A program made the translations under genes and the position numbers. From NCBI RefSeq assembly GCF_014698825.1, contig NZ_JACJTT010000029.1, forward strand, positions 3,797-67,796: a DNA stretch of 64,000 bases, in the 5' to 3' direction. The DNA comes from Richelia sinica FACHB-800 (GTDB taxonomy: Bacteria; Cyanobacteriota; Cyanobacteriia; Cyanobacteriales; Nostocaceae). Below the pieces are notes generated by a model. It was not told the origin of the DNA. It worked only from the letters and a program-made list of their open reading frames with translations, and searched no databases. This document shows, piece by piece, positions 32,143 to 42,623 of this stretch (within the stretch, counting starts at the first letter, position 1; each line of letters begins with the position of its first letter).

Positions 32143-32544
32143 ATGGCTGATATTGTGGATATTGCGGTTAGTAATGATAGTTTTAAAACTTTGGTGACTG
32201 CGGTGCAAGCTGCGGGTTTGGTGGACACCCTCAAAAGTCCTGGGCCTTTTACAGTGTTTGCACCCACTGATGATGCTTTTGCAAAACTACCACCGGGAAC
32301 TATTACCACTCTTGTACAGAATATTCCCCAGTTAACCAGAATTTTAAAGTATCATGTCGTCCCTGGCAAACTGACCAAAGCTGATTTAGCGAAACTTGGT
32401 ACTGTGACTTCTGTGGAAGGTTCTCCGATCAAAATTAATTGCGACGATGGTTTTGAAGTGAAAAATGCCACTGTCTTAGCTGCTGATATTGAAGCTGATA
32501 ATGGTGTAATTCATGTGATTGATACTGTAATTTTGATGGGTTAA
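32143..32544 (+). CDS. fasciclin (FAS1) domain protein
   Basis: [14 protein letters not shown]...[10 protein letters not shown]...[24 protein letters not shown] are the canonical FAS1 H1/H2 motifs. Confidence 0.85.
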   Translation: MADIVDIAVSNDSFKTLVTAVQAAGLVDTLKSPGPFTVFAPTDDAFAKLPPGTITTLVQNIPQLTRILKYHVVPGKLTKADLAKLGTVTSVEGSPIKINCDDGFEVKNATVLAADIEADNGVIHVIDTVILMG

Positions 32545-32703
32545 TCTACTCCAGGTGGGTTATACCCACCATAATTATGTCTAGAAAATTCTTTAAATAA
32601 TGTAAAGGTATGAATGTGAGTAATCACTTTTAAGCTAATGTTTTTCTAGTTAACTAAATAAATATTAACTTGAATATAATAAGAATAAGACTATCACCAT
32701 AAA

Positions 32704-33048
32704 TTGATGCTCGATTTCTACACCTTAGCTGAGATATCCCGTAACAACTGCACTGCTATTTGTGCTTTTCTTGTCCCTGCAAATTTATTAGCAACATTAT
32801 TCACTATTATTCTGTTAATTTTCCATCGTCCTCCTGTGCAATTATGGTTATCTACAGGGATTGCTAGTATATTTGCCTGTGTGATGATTTTGCATGTTTA
32901 TACATGGTTTATGGTTGGTGTGGTAATGTTACCAACCTATATCTTGCTCTCCTTAGCTGTAACCTGTTTATTAATTAATGTAATGGTTTTAGTTTGGCGG
33001 AGTAATTCCCTACAATTATTTTCTCTTTGGAGTAGAAATAACGGTTAA
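32704..33048 (+). CDS. hypothetical membrane protein (3 TM)
   Basis: 114-aa hydrophobic ORF, no homology recognised. Confidence 0.3.
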   Translation: MMLDFYTLAEISRNNCTAICAFLVPANLLATLFTIILLIFHRPPVQLWLSTGIASIFACVMILHVYTWFMVGVVMLPTYILLSLAVTCLLINVMVLVWRSNSLQLFSLWSRNNG

Positions 33049-33159
33049 TTTGTTATAGAGACAATGATGAGGATGGGCTAAATACCCATCCCTATCTAAC
33101 ATCTAGTCAGTTATTTTGAGTAGATGATTGACCAAAAATATCTCTACTTGGATAATTGA

Positions 33160-33384
33160 TTAATACCAGTATTTACCCTTTTTTCCCCAATCATAGCTAT
33201 AGTCTTTGTGAGAATAATGGTGAGAGTGAGAGCGCTCATAATGGCTACGATCCCAGCAAGAATGGTGTCCACCACCAACGATGGTTTGTAAATCTTGATT
33301 TGCTAGGTCATTGACAAAGCTGGTAGTGTCGTTAAATAAATCATAACCAGCAGGTAGTAACTGAGCTATTTGAATATTAGCCAT
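33160..33384 (-). CDS. double-glycine-leader peptide with His/Tyr-rich core (bacteriocin/RiPP-precursor-like)
   Basis: Leader ...LANQDLQTIVGG matches LSxxELxxIxGG at -12, -8, -7, -4 and GG. Core GHHSCWDRSHYERSHSHHYSHKDYSYDWGKKGKYWY is 38 aa. Confidence 0.5.
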   Translation of the reverse strand: MANIQIAQLLPAGYDLFNDTTSFVNDLANQDLQTIVGGGHHSCWDRSHYERSHSHHYSHKDYSYDWGKKGKYWY

Positions 33385-33927
33385 GAGTATTCCTCCTTTA
33401 TAAACAGAGAGGAGAGATTTATTTCACCTCGTCTTATTTTTGATTGTTTCAAAATCAAGAGAAGATAACAACCTGAAGGGGTGACTCAATGGGACAAAAA
33501 GTTGATATTTGTGTCTGAAAGAAATTTGATATTCATTAAAAATTACCAAAAAAATATGTAATTTTTCCCAATATTATTTATATTAATTGATATACGAAAA
33601 GTGCTTTTTCTATGAATTAAATGTCATTAATACAGACTAAATAACAGAAATTTTGTCTAATCTATTGCTCTAATACTGATTTTATCTGTGTTTGTCTACG
33701 TTTAATCATGATTGAATTTGATTGGATGCAGCTTAATATTTTCTGGTATAGATAGTAGCTAATGGCTAATACAGTTTCACCTTCATGATGATACAAACAA
33801 AAACTTGGGTAAGGGTTGAGAATTACTCAACCCTTACAAGAAGGAATATAGATGTATCACGATATTGATGAAAGGCTATAACAATGGAAACCTTAGCCAT
33901 TAGCATTAATTATATATCTGAAAATAG

Positions 33928-35283
33928 TTAAGCAGAGAATTCTGTCCGCAATTGATTAACGACCCGATCTAAGCCGACAGAATGGGCTGCTTTAAATAAT
34001 AAGCGATCGCCTGCTTGAACAAATGTCTTTAACCTCTCGACCAAATCAGCGTGGGTAGCAAAGCATTCCGAAGGAATACCATTAGCACTTCTAGCGATCG
34101 CTTCCGCATCTTGTCCGTCTACTAATACCAATAAACCATCTAAATTGAGATTTTTCACCATTTCCCCAACTCGTTGGTGTAATTGTTGGGATCTTTCTCC
34201 TAATTCTTTCATTGCTCCCAAAACAGCAATTTTGCGCTTTCCTGGTGTGTCTGCTAATAATTGCAAAGCCGCTAACATGGCTTCTGGGGCAGCATTATAG
34301 GTTTCATCTAAAATCAAGACATCGTTAGGTAAAGTGAAGCGTTGACATCTACCTGTGGGCATATTTAGCATCACCCCTGCTTGCAGAGATGACCAATCAA
34401 TTTCTAATACCTTGGCTACTGCTAAAGCGGCTAAAAAGTTAGTAGCATTATGACGGCCTGGTAATGGTAAAGGTAGGTGCATTCCTGCCACTTCTACATT
34501 GTCATTATCGATTAAATGCCCGTGAATATCGCCACCAGAAAAACCATAGGTGATTACTTTCCCTGACCAAACTCGCGCTGCTGTGGCCATTAATAAAGGG
34601 TTGTCATGGTTGAGGATAGCAATACTATCACTAGGCATTTCTGCCAATAACTCGCACTTGGCTTCTGCTATGGCTTGTTCAGAACCGAGTAACTCAATGT
34701 GGGCTGTTCCTACATTAGTAATTACGCCTATTGTGGGTCTAGCAATTTCTGTCAGTTCAGCAATTTGTCCCCTTCCCCGCATAGCCATTTCAATCACTGC
34801 ATAGTCGTGATTGGTATTGAGTTCCAGGAGAGTTTTGGGTACACCAATTTCATTGTTGAAATTGCCATAGGTTTTGTGAACTTGTCCCTTGGTTCCTAAA
34901 ACTGCGGCAATCAGTTCTTTGGTTGTGGTTTTGCCTACGGAACCTGTCACCCCAATCACAGGAATTGTTAAGCGATCGCGCCACCAGCGAGCAATTTGTT
35001 GATAGGCTTTGAGAGTATGAGGAACTTGTAACACAGGAAAGCCAGGATTTTCATAGTCAAAATCGACAATAGCAGCGATCGCTCCCTTGGCAATAGCCGT
35101 TTCCACAAAATCGTGGCCATCAAACTTTTCACCCCGCAAAGCCAAAAATACCTCACCCGGTTGCAACATCCGAGTATCGGTTTGTATCCCTGTCCCGACT
35201 TGAACTAAAGCAGATGCAGATAAATTGACAGGTTGGGCCCCAAGCACATCAACCAGTTGGGAAAGAGTGGTAGAAACTGACAT
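33928..35283 (-). CDS. murF: UDP-N-acetylmuramoyl-tripeptide--D-alanyl-D-alanine ligase
   Basis: Mur ligase blocks GVTGSVGKTTTKE, TYGNFNNEIGVP, DxYNAAPEAM; start placed at internal Met (MSVSTT...). Confidence 0.88.
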   Translation of the reverse strand: MSVSTTLSQLVDVLGAQPVNLSASALVQVGTGIQTDTRMLQPGEVFLALRGEKFDGHDFVETAIAKGAIAAIVDFDYENPGFPVLQVPHTLKAYQQIARWWRDRLTIPVIGVTGSVGKTTTKELIAAVLGTKGQVHKTYGNFNNEIGVPKTLLELNTNHDYAVIEMAMRGRGQIAELTEIARPTIGVITNVGTAHIELLGSEQAIAEAKCELLAEMPSDSIAILNHDNPLLMATAARVWSGKVITYGFSGGDIHGHLIDNDNVEVAGMHLPLPLPGRHNATNFLAALAVAKVLEIDWSSLQAGVMLNMPTGRCQRFTLPNDVLILDETYNAAPEAMLAALQLLADTPGKRKIAVLGAMKELGERSQQLHQRVGEMVKNLNLDGLLVLVDGQDAEAIARSANGIPSECFATHADLVERLKTFVQAGDRLLFKAAHSVGLDRVVNQLRTEFSA

Positions 35284-35388
35284 ACTGATACAAGCTCTGG
35301 TTTTGTAACGCACTATAGCAGAAGTCAGGAGTCAGTAGGGGTGGAGTCAATCCAAAATAGGTGACTCCACAACCACTGAGACTAGCCA

Positions 35389-36555
35389 TTAATTGACATT
35401 GGTTCCCAACAATTCCGCGATCGCTTGGTGTTCTACAGGAGGCTGAGAAGGTAGAGTTTGCCTTGCATCTGTAATTAACCAATCTAAGGCCGCAGCTTGT
35501 ACATCGATAGTGGCCCCTGTCTTATCCACACAGTAACGTCCAAACACCAACTTATCTACTAGACGAATACCAGGGCCTAAGCGTGACCATTCAAAAATCA
35601 CGCTATTATCAACTGTTGCACCACTGCAAATCCAGCAGTTAGGGCCAATCATGGCTGGCCCGACAATTTTCGCACCATCTTCAATTCTGGTCATACCCCC
35701 AATGTAAACTGGGCCTGTAATATCCACCTTGTCCCAATTCACTGCCACATTCAAGCCAGTGTAGATACCAGGTGCTACCTCATGGCCAGGAATTTGCACA
35801 TTTTTAATTTCTCCTAGCAACACACCACGAATGGCCCGCCAATAATCTGGTACTTTACCAATATCTACCCATTCAAAATCCATGGGAATGGCATAAAAAG
35901 GAGCATGATTAGCTACTAATTTGGGGAACAACTGACTCCCAATGTCATACTCAATGCCCGATGGAATGTAATCTAATACCTCAGGCTCAAAAATATAAAT
36001 ACCAGTGTTGATATTGGTACTCAAAGCCTCGTCAGTGGAAGGTTTTTCTTGGAAAGCTTTGACGCGATTATTTTCATCTGTCACCACCACCCCATAACTA
36101 GACACTTCTTCCAAGGGTACAGATTTAGTAATAATCGTAGCGATTGACCCCTTTGACCTGTGCCACTTGACTGCCTCAGTTAAATCTAAGTCAATCAAAG
36201 CATCTCCACACAAAACCACAAAGGTGTCATCAAAAAAGGGTGAGAAATCTTGAATGCGACGCATTCCCCCAGCAGAACCAATCGCTTCCCCTACCAGTTT
36301 TCCGTCAACAATACTCCCTTCAAAAGAATAGGCAATTTGCACACCAAACCGTTGACCATCCCGGAAATAACTTTCTATTTCCTCCGCTAAATGGCTCACA
36401 TTGACCATAATTTGGTCAAATCCATGCTTGCGTAACAACTCCAGCAAAAATTCCATCACTGGCTTTTGCAGGATAGGAATCATTGGTTTGGGAATTGTAA
36501 AAGTAATCGGACGTACACGAGTACCCTTACCTGCTGCGAGAATCATCGCTTTCAT
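35389..36555 (-). CDS. NDP-sugar pyrophosphorylase (nucleotidyltransferase + C-terminal hexapeptide beta-helix)
   Basis: MKAMILAAGKGTRVRPITFTIPKPMIPI matches the G1P nucleotidyltransferase signature; C-terminal LbH repeats; 388 aa. Confidence 0.8.
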   Translation of the reverse strand: MKAMILAAGKGTRVRPITFTIPKPMIPILQKPVMEFLLELLRKHGFDQIMVNVSHLAEEIESYFRDGQRFGVQIAYSFEGSIVDGKLVGEAIGSAGGMRRIQDFSPFFDDTFVVLCGDALIDLDLTEAVKWHRSKGSIATIITKSVPLEEVSSYGVVVTDENNRVKAFQEKPSTDEALSTNINTGIYIFEPEVLDYIPSGIEYDIGSQLFPKLVANHAPFYAIPMDFEWVDIGKVPDYWRAIRGVLLGEIKNVQIPGHEVAPGIYTGLNVAVNWDKVDITGPVYIGGMTRIEDGAKIVGPAMIGPNCWICSGATVDNSVIFEWSRLGPGIRLVDKLVFGRYCVDKTGATIDVQAAALDWLITDARQTLPSQPPVEHQAIAELLGTNVN

Positions 36556-36845
36556 AAATTTTTATTCCTCAACCACCAGCCAGTTTACTTTTATTGAGTG
36601 ATATTTAAGCATCTGTTTTTATTTTGATCTAACCCAAGAATTTGTAGAAAATCACTCCAATCTACTCTATATACAAGCATAGATATAAATTTCCATGCTG
36701 CTGATAGCGATCGCCCAATCATAGACAATCCCTACTCCTTGATCAATTTTCTCGGATTTTGGGTTGGGTGGATGCAAAAGTTAGGTAAATTATCTCTAAG
36801 GTCAGAGGGCCGTTCTTTCAAGGCTTTGTTCCCATATACCTGTGT

Positions 36846-37667
36846 TCAGTTCCGTCCAGAACTACTAATTGCCGTATTTGGCTGCAACAACCGAATTTTA
36901 ATCTCTTGATAAAACTCCTCTTGAAATAGCTCCACCTTAGATTGTGCGGAAAGTAGTAGTAAAGCCCAAAAAACACCCACTTTATCGCTATGTTCTGAAT
37001 GAGAGTGAGAGTCATTCAGTGCTGGAGGTTTGCTATTTGTCCACATCTGCACCAATTCTTCTAAACTCCAATAATTTTCTTCCCCATGCAAATTTTGGGC
37101 AGACAGCAGCAATACCTGTTCCAATTCCAAAGCGACTTCTGTTAAATTTTCCTGGTGGGCCAACTCTAAGGCCTCACGCATAGTTTGTAAACTAGGCTGG
37201 CGCTTAATTCGCTTAGGCTTATTGGCTTTTTCCACCAACTTTAACTGCTTCGCCATAATCTGCAATTGTTCAATTAACTCTGGCAGAGTGACACGGCGTT
37301 TTGGTGGTGGCATAGCCGCTAAACGACGACGCAAATGCTTCTCCAATTGGAGACGCTGGACAGGATAGAATAATCCACCTTCACCATCTAAAAGTGGTTC
37401 ATCCAATTCATCACCTTCAATTACCTCCGCTGCTGATAACTGCATTAAGGTATTGGCTTTAAACAAAACCAACATAGATGCTGATAAAAAAGCTTGTCCA
37501 GAACGGGACAAGTCGTTTTCATAACCCTTGGGATTGGCCTTGGGTTCCATTAATTCTAAGTAACGGTCAATTACCTCAATGACCTGCACATCCCAAGGGT
37601 CAATATCTCCTCGTTCAGCTTGGTCAATTAAGCGTGTAATCGTTTCTAACAGTTCAGCAGCATCCAT
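36846..37667 (-). CDS. scpA: segregation and condensation protein A (kleisin)
   Basis: N-terminal FEGPLDLL-like DIDPWDVQVIEVIDRYLELM, central charged linker, C-terminal winged helix; 273 aa. Confidence 0.75.
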   Translation of the reverse strand: MDAAELLETITRLIDQAERGDIDPWDVQVIEVIDRYLELMEPKANPKGYENDLSRSGQAFLSASMLVLFKANTLMQLSAAEVIEGDELDEPLLDGEGGLFYPVQRLQLEKHLRRRLAAMPPPKRRVTLPELIEQLQIMAKQLKLVEKANKPKRIKRQPSLQTMREALELAHQENLTEVALELEQVLLLSAQNLHGEENYWSLEELVQMWTNSKPPALNDSHSHSEHSDKVGVFWALLLLSAQSKVELFQEEFYQEIKIRLLQPNTAISSSGRN

Positions 37668-37679
37668 ATTGCCTATATC

Positions 37680-38798
37680 CTATTCGCCAGTTTCCTGATC
37701 CCACCCCTGATTTCCCCTTGGTTCGTAAATATGGAAATTTTGACTAAATTCTCTATGGTTAATATTTTTCATGGCATCAAAGGTGCCTTTGATAGTACCA
37801 GCAATAGGTACGGCCACCAGAGTACCTAGTAAACCAGCAATTTCAAATCCCATCAAAATGGACACAAAAATCCAAATGGGATTGAGACCAATAAAATCAC
37901 CTAGTAATTTGGGAGCCAAGAGATTATCTTTAATTTGCTGCATGATAATAGCCGCAGCCGCTACTGGCAATGCTAACCACCAATTTTGTAGAAATACCAA
38001 AGATACCACTAACCCAATGCCTAAAGTTGCCCCAATAAAAGGTATGAGTTCAGAAATACCAATGACGATCGCAAATAGTAAGGCAAAGGGTACTCCTAAA
38101 AATAGGAAAATTGGTGTGAGAGTAACGACCATAAACAGCCCCAGCAACAGTTGACTGAGGAAAAAATTCTGGAAATTGAGTTGTAAGGACTTAGTTAAAG
38201 GGCCCCGAATCGGTGTAGGTAAAAGATTGACCAAACCCAGCCACACGCGATCGCCATACACCAACATATAAAATGCTAGTACCACCACCAACACCATATT
38301 CAGGAGTCCTGACAGCAAAATTCCTGCCACTCCCACCGCCCCAGAAGCGATTTGTTGCAGTAAATTTTGAATACTAGCGTTGATTTGATTACTAAGAATC
38401 CGCAAATCTATAGGTAAGCGTCTCTGCTTCGCCAAATTTTCCCAATGCTCCAGATTAGCTTGGCTAGCAGCTAACCAATCAGGAATTTTATTTAACAGCT
38501 GAATGCTTTGATCAATCACCATTGGCACCAAGGTGACACCAAGCACACTCACCACAGTTAAAGTAATCAATAAAACTAGAATCACTGACTGAGTACGTGT
38601 AATCCGAGCGCGTTCAAAAAACTTGACCGGATAATTCAGCAAAAAAGCTAAAATCGCCGCAATACTCAAAATAGTAATTGGGTGCTGAAAATAACGAAAC
38701 AGCAAAGACAGCAGCCACACATTAAGAGCGATAATCGGGCCACTCAGACCATAAATTAACAAAGTTTGGATAGAGGCTGAACGGCGCATCTGATTCAA
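37680..38798 (-). CDS. AI-2E family transporter (PerM/UPF0118)
   Basis: 372 aa, 7-8 TM helices, characteristic SELIPFIGATLG segment. Confidence 0.8.
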   Translation of the reverse strand: MNQMRRSASIQTLLIYGLSGPIIALNVWLLSLLFRYFQHPITILSIAAILAFLLNYPVKFFERARITRTQSVILVLLITLTVVSVLGVTLVPMVIDQSIQLLNKIPDWLAASQANLEHWENLAKQRRLPIDLRILSNQINASIQNLLQQIASGAVGVAGILLSGLLNMVLVVVLAFYMLVYGDRVWLGLVNLLPTPIRGPLTKSLQLNFQNFFLSQLLLGLFMVVTLTPIFLFLGVPFALLFAIVIGISELIPFIGATLGIGLVVSLVFLQNWWLALPVAAAAIIMQQIKDNLLAPKLLGDFIGLNPIWIFVSILMGFEIAGLLGTLVAVPIAGTIKGTFDAMKNINHREFSQNFHIYEPRGNQGWDQETGE

Positions 38799-39012
38799 TA
38801 CTATGGACAGAAGGCATGACTACAACCAGATTAAACCTGTTTCCATTATGGAAAATCGAGGCTTTTTTCCTCCTCATAATTTAATCTAAAATCTCAAATT
38901 CAGTAACAGGTAATGAACGCCACTAGCAGGATGCTCTTTTCATCATAGATATTTTTCCCCAAGACTTGTATAAGCTTATCTGATGGGAATTAAATCAAGG
39001 TAAAACCTACCA

Positions 39013-39657
39013 ATGGATAAAAATATCGCTGACCTTCGCAAAGACTACACGCTGCAAGACTTAAACGAAAACGACGTTAATCCTGACCCTGTAATTCAAT
39101 TTCAGGCTTGGTTTACTCAGGCTGTAAGCGCCCAGTTGCCAGAACCTAACGCCATGACTATTGCTAGTTGTACCCCCGATGGTAAGCCCTCTGCGCGTAT
39201 GGTATTGCTCAAGGATGCAGATGAAGGTGGCTTTACTTTCTTTACTAATTACAACAGTCGTAAAGGACAAGAACTCATTGCCCATCCCTATGCAGCATTA
39301 GTATTTTGGTGGGCAGAATTAGAACGTCAAGTCAGAATTACAGGAACAGTAGAAAAGGTATCCTCGGAAGAATCTGATCGCTATTTTGCCATGCGTCCGC
39401 CTAATAACCGTTTAGGTGCATGGGCTTCTAATCAAAGTGAAGTCATTGCCAGTCGAGAAGTATTAGAACAACAATTAGTGGAATTCCAATCAAAATTTGC
39501 CAATCAAGAAGTCCATCGTCCACCCCATTGGGGTGGTTTTCGTGTCATTCCCCAGGAAATCGAATTTTGGCAAGGTAGACCTAGCCGTTTACATGATCGC
39601 TTACTCTATACTCGCCTAGATAACGGCTCTTGGAAAATCGAGAGACTTTCACCTTGA
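39013..39657 (+). CDS. pdxH: pyridoxamine 5'-phosphate oxidase
   Basis: [38 protein letters not shown] are hallmark PdxH blocks; 214 aa. Confidence 0.92.
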   Translation: MDKNIADLRKDYTLQDLNENDVNPDPVIQFQAWFTQAVSAQLPEPNAMTIASCTPDGKPSARMVLLKDADEGGFTFFTNYNSRKGQELIAHPYAALVFWWAELERQVRITGTVEKVSSEESDRYFAMRPPNNRLGAWASNQSEVIASREVLEQQLVEFQSKFANQEVHRPPHWGGFRVIPQEIEFWQGRPSRLHDRLLYTRLDNGSWKIERLSP

Positions 39658-39909
39658 AAATCTGCATTTTACCTTAATTTTCTAAGCAGTGAATTCAGTG
39701 TTAGCCATCCATACACACCACTGTTACAGCTTTCATTTATATAAGTTTACATTGTCCCCAAAACCCCACACAGACTAATATTTCCATCCCTGATCTACAA
39801 CCATTTTCGAGAAGTTTGACAGCTTGTCTTTTGACGGCAGTAAATGATCTTCATGACAATTGGGGTGGATATTGCACCGAATGATCCTTTGTTGCACAGA
39901 GAACACAAG

Positions 39910-40242
39910 ATGAAAAAGATTATTTCCATTTTACTGTTAGGCATAACTATCTTCACCTTTGCCTTCAGTAGTCCAGCCTTAGCAGCAGATGCTGCAAAGG
40001 GAGCGCAAATATTTAGCGCTAATTGCGCTGCTTGTCATGCAGGTGGCAAGAACTTAGTTAACGCTGCAAAGAACCTGAAAAAAGAGACCTTGGAAAAGTA
40101 TGGCATGTATTCAGCAGAAGCCATTATTGCCCAAGTAACTAATGGTAAAAATGCCATGCCCGCCTTTAAAGGTCGCTTAAAACCCGACCAAATTGAAGAT
40201 GTAGCTGCCTACGTTCTCGACAAAGCTGATAAAGGCTGGTAG
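39910..40242 (+). CDS. petJ: cytochrome c6
   Basis: Signal peptide [25 protein letters not shown] then haem site CAACHAGG and Met ligand region NAMPAF; start at internal ATG 39910. Confidence 0.88.
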   Translation: MKKIISILLLGITIFTFAFSSPALAADAAKGAQIFSANCAACHAGGKNLVNAAKNLKKETLEKYGMYSAEAIIAQVTNGKNAMPAFKGRLKPDQIEDVAAYVLDKADKGW

Positions 40243-40278
40243 TCAATTTACATCTATCATAGTTTGATGTGATTTATA

Positions 40279-40312
40279 TAGGGATTTAGCAATGCTAAAT
40301 CCCTATTTTTTA
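40279..40312. terminator. rho-independent terminator, bidirectional, between petJ and the convergent Crp-family gene
   Basis: gggatttagc-aat-gctaaatccc gives a 10-bp perfect stem, followed by tattttttatt. Confidence 0.7.
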
Positions 40313-40334
40313 TTGATATTTTTCTAGATTTTAA

Positions 40335-41000
40335 TCACAAAATTAGCAATTTAATTTTTGTCCCGGTGATTTCAATCTTGCCTTCTTGACTTAATTTATA
40401 AAAAGCACGGGATAAAGTTTCGGGAACAGTGCCTAAAAGTGCAGCTAGCTGTCCTTTTGGTAAATCTAATTCGACAATATCAGCATTACCATAACGCTGA
40501 CTCAACTTTAATAAATAATTTACCAGTCTTTCTGGTACTTCTTGAAAAGAAAGGGTATCAACTAGGTGAGTTAATTGTCGTAAATGGCGGGCAAAGGTTC
40601 CTAGCATAGCGATTCCTAATGTAGGATGTTGCTGCAAAACCATGAAAAATGCTGTTCTGGGTATGAATATGACTTCTGCATTTTCCATTGCTGCTGCTGA
40701 TGCAGGAAAGTTTCCCCCATCAAAAGCGGGTACTTCTGCAAAATATTCATCGGTACCGAATATATGGAGGATTTGTTCTTTCCCAGTATTTGCGACTTTA
40801 AAAACCTTAATTCTCCCAGATTTGACTATGAAAAAACCTGTAGCTGCTTCTCCTTCCCAAAATAAATTTTCACCTTTTTTATAGGTTTGAGGAATAGCGA
40901 TATTTGCAACTGCTTGCAATTGTTCGTCTAGGATATTTTGAAATATTGGTGTTTTCTGGAGAAAATGTTTAACTTCTAAAACCCGTTCAGTAACAGTCAT
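40335..41000 (-). CDS. Crp/Fnr-family transcriptional regulator (cNMP-binding domain + C-terminal HTH); not NtcA
   Basis: cNMP-binding beta-roll (GENLFWEGEAATGFFIVKSGRIKV...) and HTH (QLAALLGTVPETLSRAFYKLSQEG). Confidence 0.8.
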   Translation of the reverse strand: MTVTERVLEVKHFLQKTPIFQNILDEQLQAVANIAIPQTYKKGENLFWEGEAATGFFIVKSGRIKVFKVANTGKEQILHIFGTDEYFAEVPAFDGGNFPASAAAMENAEVIFIPRTAFFMVLQQHPTLGIAMLGTFARHLRQLTHLVDTLSFQEVPERLVNYLLKLSQRYGNADIVELDLPKGQLAALLGTVPETLSRAFYKLSQEGKIEITGTKIKLLIL

Positions 41001-41333
41001 AATTCTGATGATATAAAAGATTAAGGGGTATACTTACAAGAGCTATGGCAATAATTTTATTTTAATGATTTTTACTAAATCAGTCATAGATAAGATGTTA
41101 ATGTATATGACGAAATATAAGTAATTTTTTAGGTATGTTATTCCCTAGTCTAACATACAGCAGAAAGCAGGAGACAAAACATGGTTGCTGTTTGAGTTTT
41201 GGGTTTCAGTTTTTGCCTCATTGATTTGCAATCTGCTGTATTTAGAATTATTGTTAAATTATTGATGCTGTGTTGCGTTACTCGACAACAAACCCTCTAA
41301 AATTTGGTGAAGATTAACTAACAAATTCACTGC

Positions 41334-42449
41334 TTATCTATTACTTAGCCAAAGGATAATCAGGATGATAATTCCAGTGACAAAAGCCCCACCTAAAACA
41401 GCTAATAAAATCTTCATGGTACTGTAGGGTCTTTCACCTTGTACCTCTCCAGTCTGAGCGTTAATCAGCACTTGAAATTGGCGTTGTTTGTAACGATAAG
41501 AAGCTAGCCAAACTGGTAATAAAATATGTTTAAAAGAGATTTTTTGATAATCAGTGGAAATATTATAAACCTCTTGTTCATCACCACCGATATCTCGCTT
41601 CACAGAGTAATTAATTTCATTGTCAATGGTCTTTTTTGCCTCTGTCAACCCTTCTTCGAGAGTAACTTGCGATCGCTGTGCTTCAAAACCTGCTAAATAG
41701 GATGGTTCGTAAGCTCGCAATGATTCCTTTAAATTCCAAGGTTCCAAAGCTTTGAGATTACCAACATCAACTAATTTGGTAGCTGGTACTAGCACATCAT
41801 CAAAACTGCGATTCACCATACCAGATACTGAAGTCCAGCGGGTATGTTTAACTTGTCGAGTTTTTGTCACCTCCTCCCCATTGTCATTTTTTTCTGTATA
41901 ATTTTCCGTCACATAATAATAATCTCCCCTTTGTCCAGAATAAGAACTGAGAGTTTGAGTATCGTAAGTCCAAAAAGGCAAATATACCCCTTGAATCTTT
42001 TCTGGTTGTGCTAACTGCTTCAAATCATTAGGAGCAAACCAAAGATCCTTCATCCATTTTTGCAAATTCTTCCTAGCATCTTGACGACCAAGAGAAAAAG
42101 GGACAATTCCTTCTGGTGCTATGGTTGGGTCAGCAAGTTTTGGTTGTGCGACAATTTTAGCAGCACAAAAAGGGCATGAACCAGCTACTTTTGGTGGTTC
42201 AAAAGTAATATTTGCACCGCAATCAGCACAATTGACTTCTACAGCGGTTGCAGATAATTTTTCTAAGCGAACTTTACTATTATTAATATGTGCTTCATAA
42301 GACCTTTCTTGTGGTTGTTCTTTAGTTTGGCTAATTACTTCTTCATGACCACAGTAATCACATTTGAGCACCCCTTGAATAGGATTAAAAGCCAAATCTG
42401 CACCACAGTTAGAGCATGTGTATTTATTGATAGAAGCAGGATTATTCAT
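41334..42449 (-). CDS. hypothetical protein with two N-terminal zinc ribbons and a C-terminal TM anchor
   Basis: CSNCGADL...CDYCGHEE and CADCGANI...CPFCAAK give 2x CxxC-N~17-CxxC; C-terminal ILLAVLGGAFVTGIIILIILWL. Confidence 0.5.
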   Translation of the reverse strand: MNNPASINKYTCSNCGADLAFNPIQGVLKCDYCGHEEVISQTKEQPQERSYEAHINNSKVRLEKLSATAVEVNCADCGANITFEPPKVAGSCPFCAAKIVAQPKLADPTIAPEGIVPFSLGRQDARKNLQKWMKDLWFAPNDLKQLAQPEKIQGVYLPFWTYDTQTLSSYSGQRGDYYYVTENYTEKNDNGEEVTKTRQVKHTRWTSVSGMVNRSFDDVLVPATKLVDVGNLKALEPWNLKESLRAYEPSYLAGFEAQRSQVTLEEGLTEAKKTIDNEINYSVKRDIGGDEQEVYNISTDYQKISFKHILLPVWLASYRYKQRQFQVLINAQTGEVQGERPYSTMKILLAVLGGAFVTGIIILIILWLSNR

Positions 42450-42623
42450 AATTAGGATTCAAACAGCAGGAAGTAGCGAAGAGTGAAGGACGATAAATCA
42501 AGTAATTAGCTGATGCTGATTGTATGTGAAGCTGCAAAGAAACCTAAAATCATTGATACTATCTTGATTTGCGGTCAATTATTTTTGGTATTTTATTCTA
42601 TGCAGCTTCATCTAAATTTGAGA

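Noticed and set aside
40335-41000. Calling the Crp-family regulator NtcA
   Set aside because: NtcA has a distinctive, highly conserved sequence across cyanobacteria that this ORF lacks, and it sits next to petJ. Kept as a generic Crp/Fnr-family regulator.
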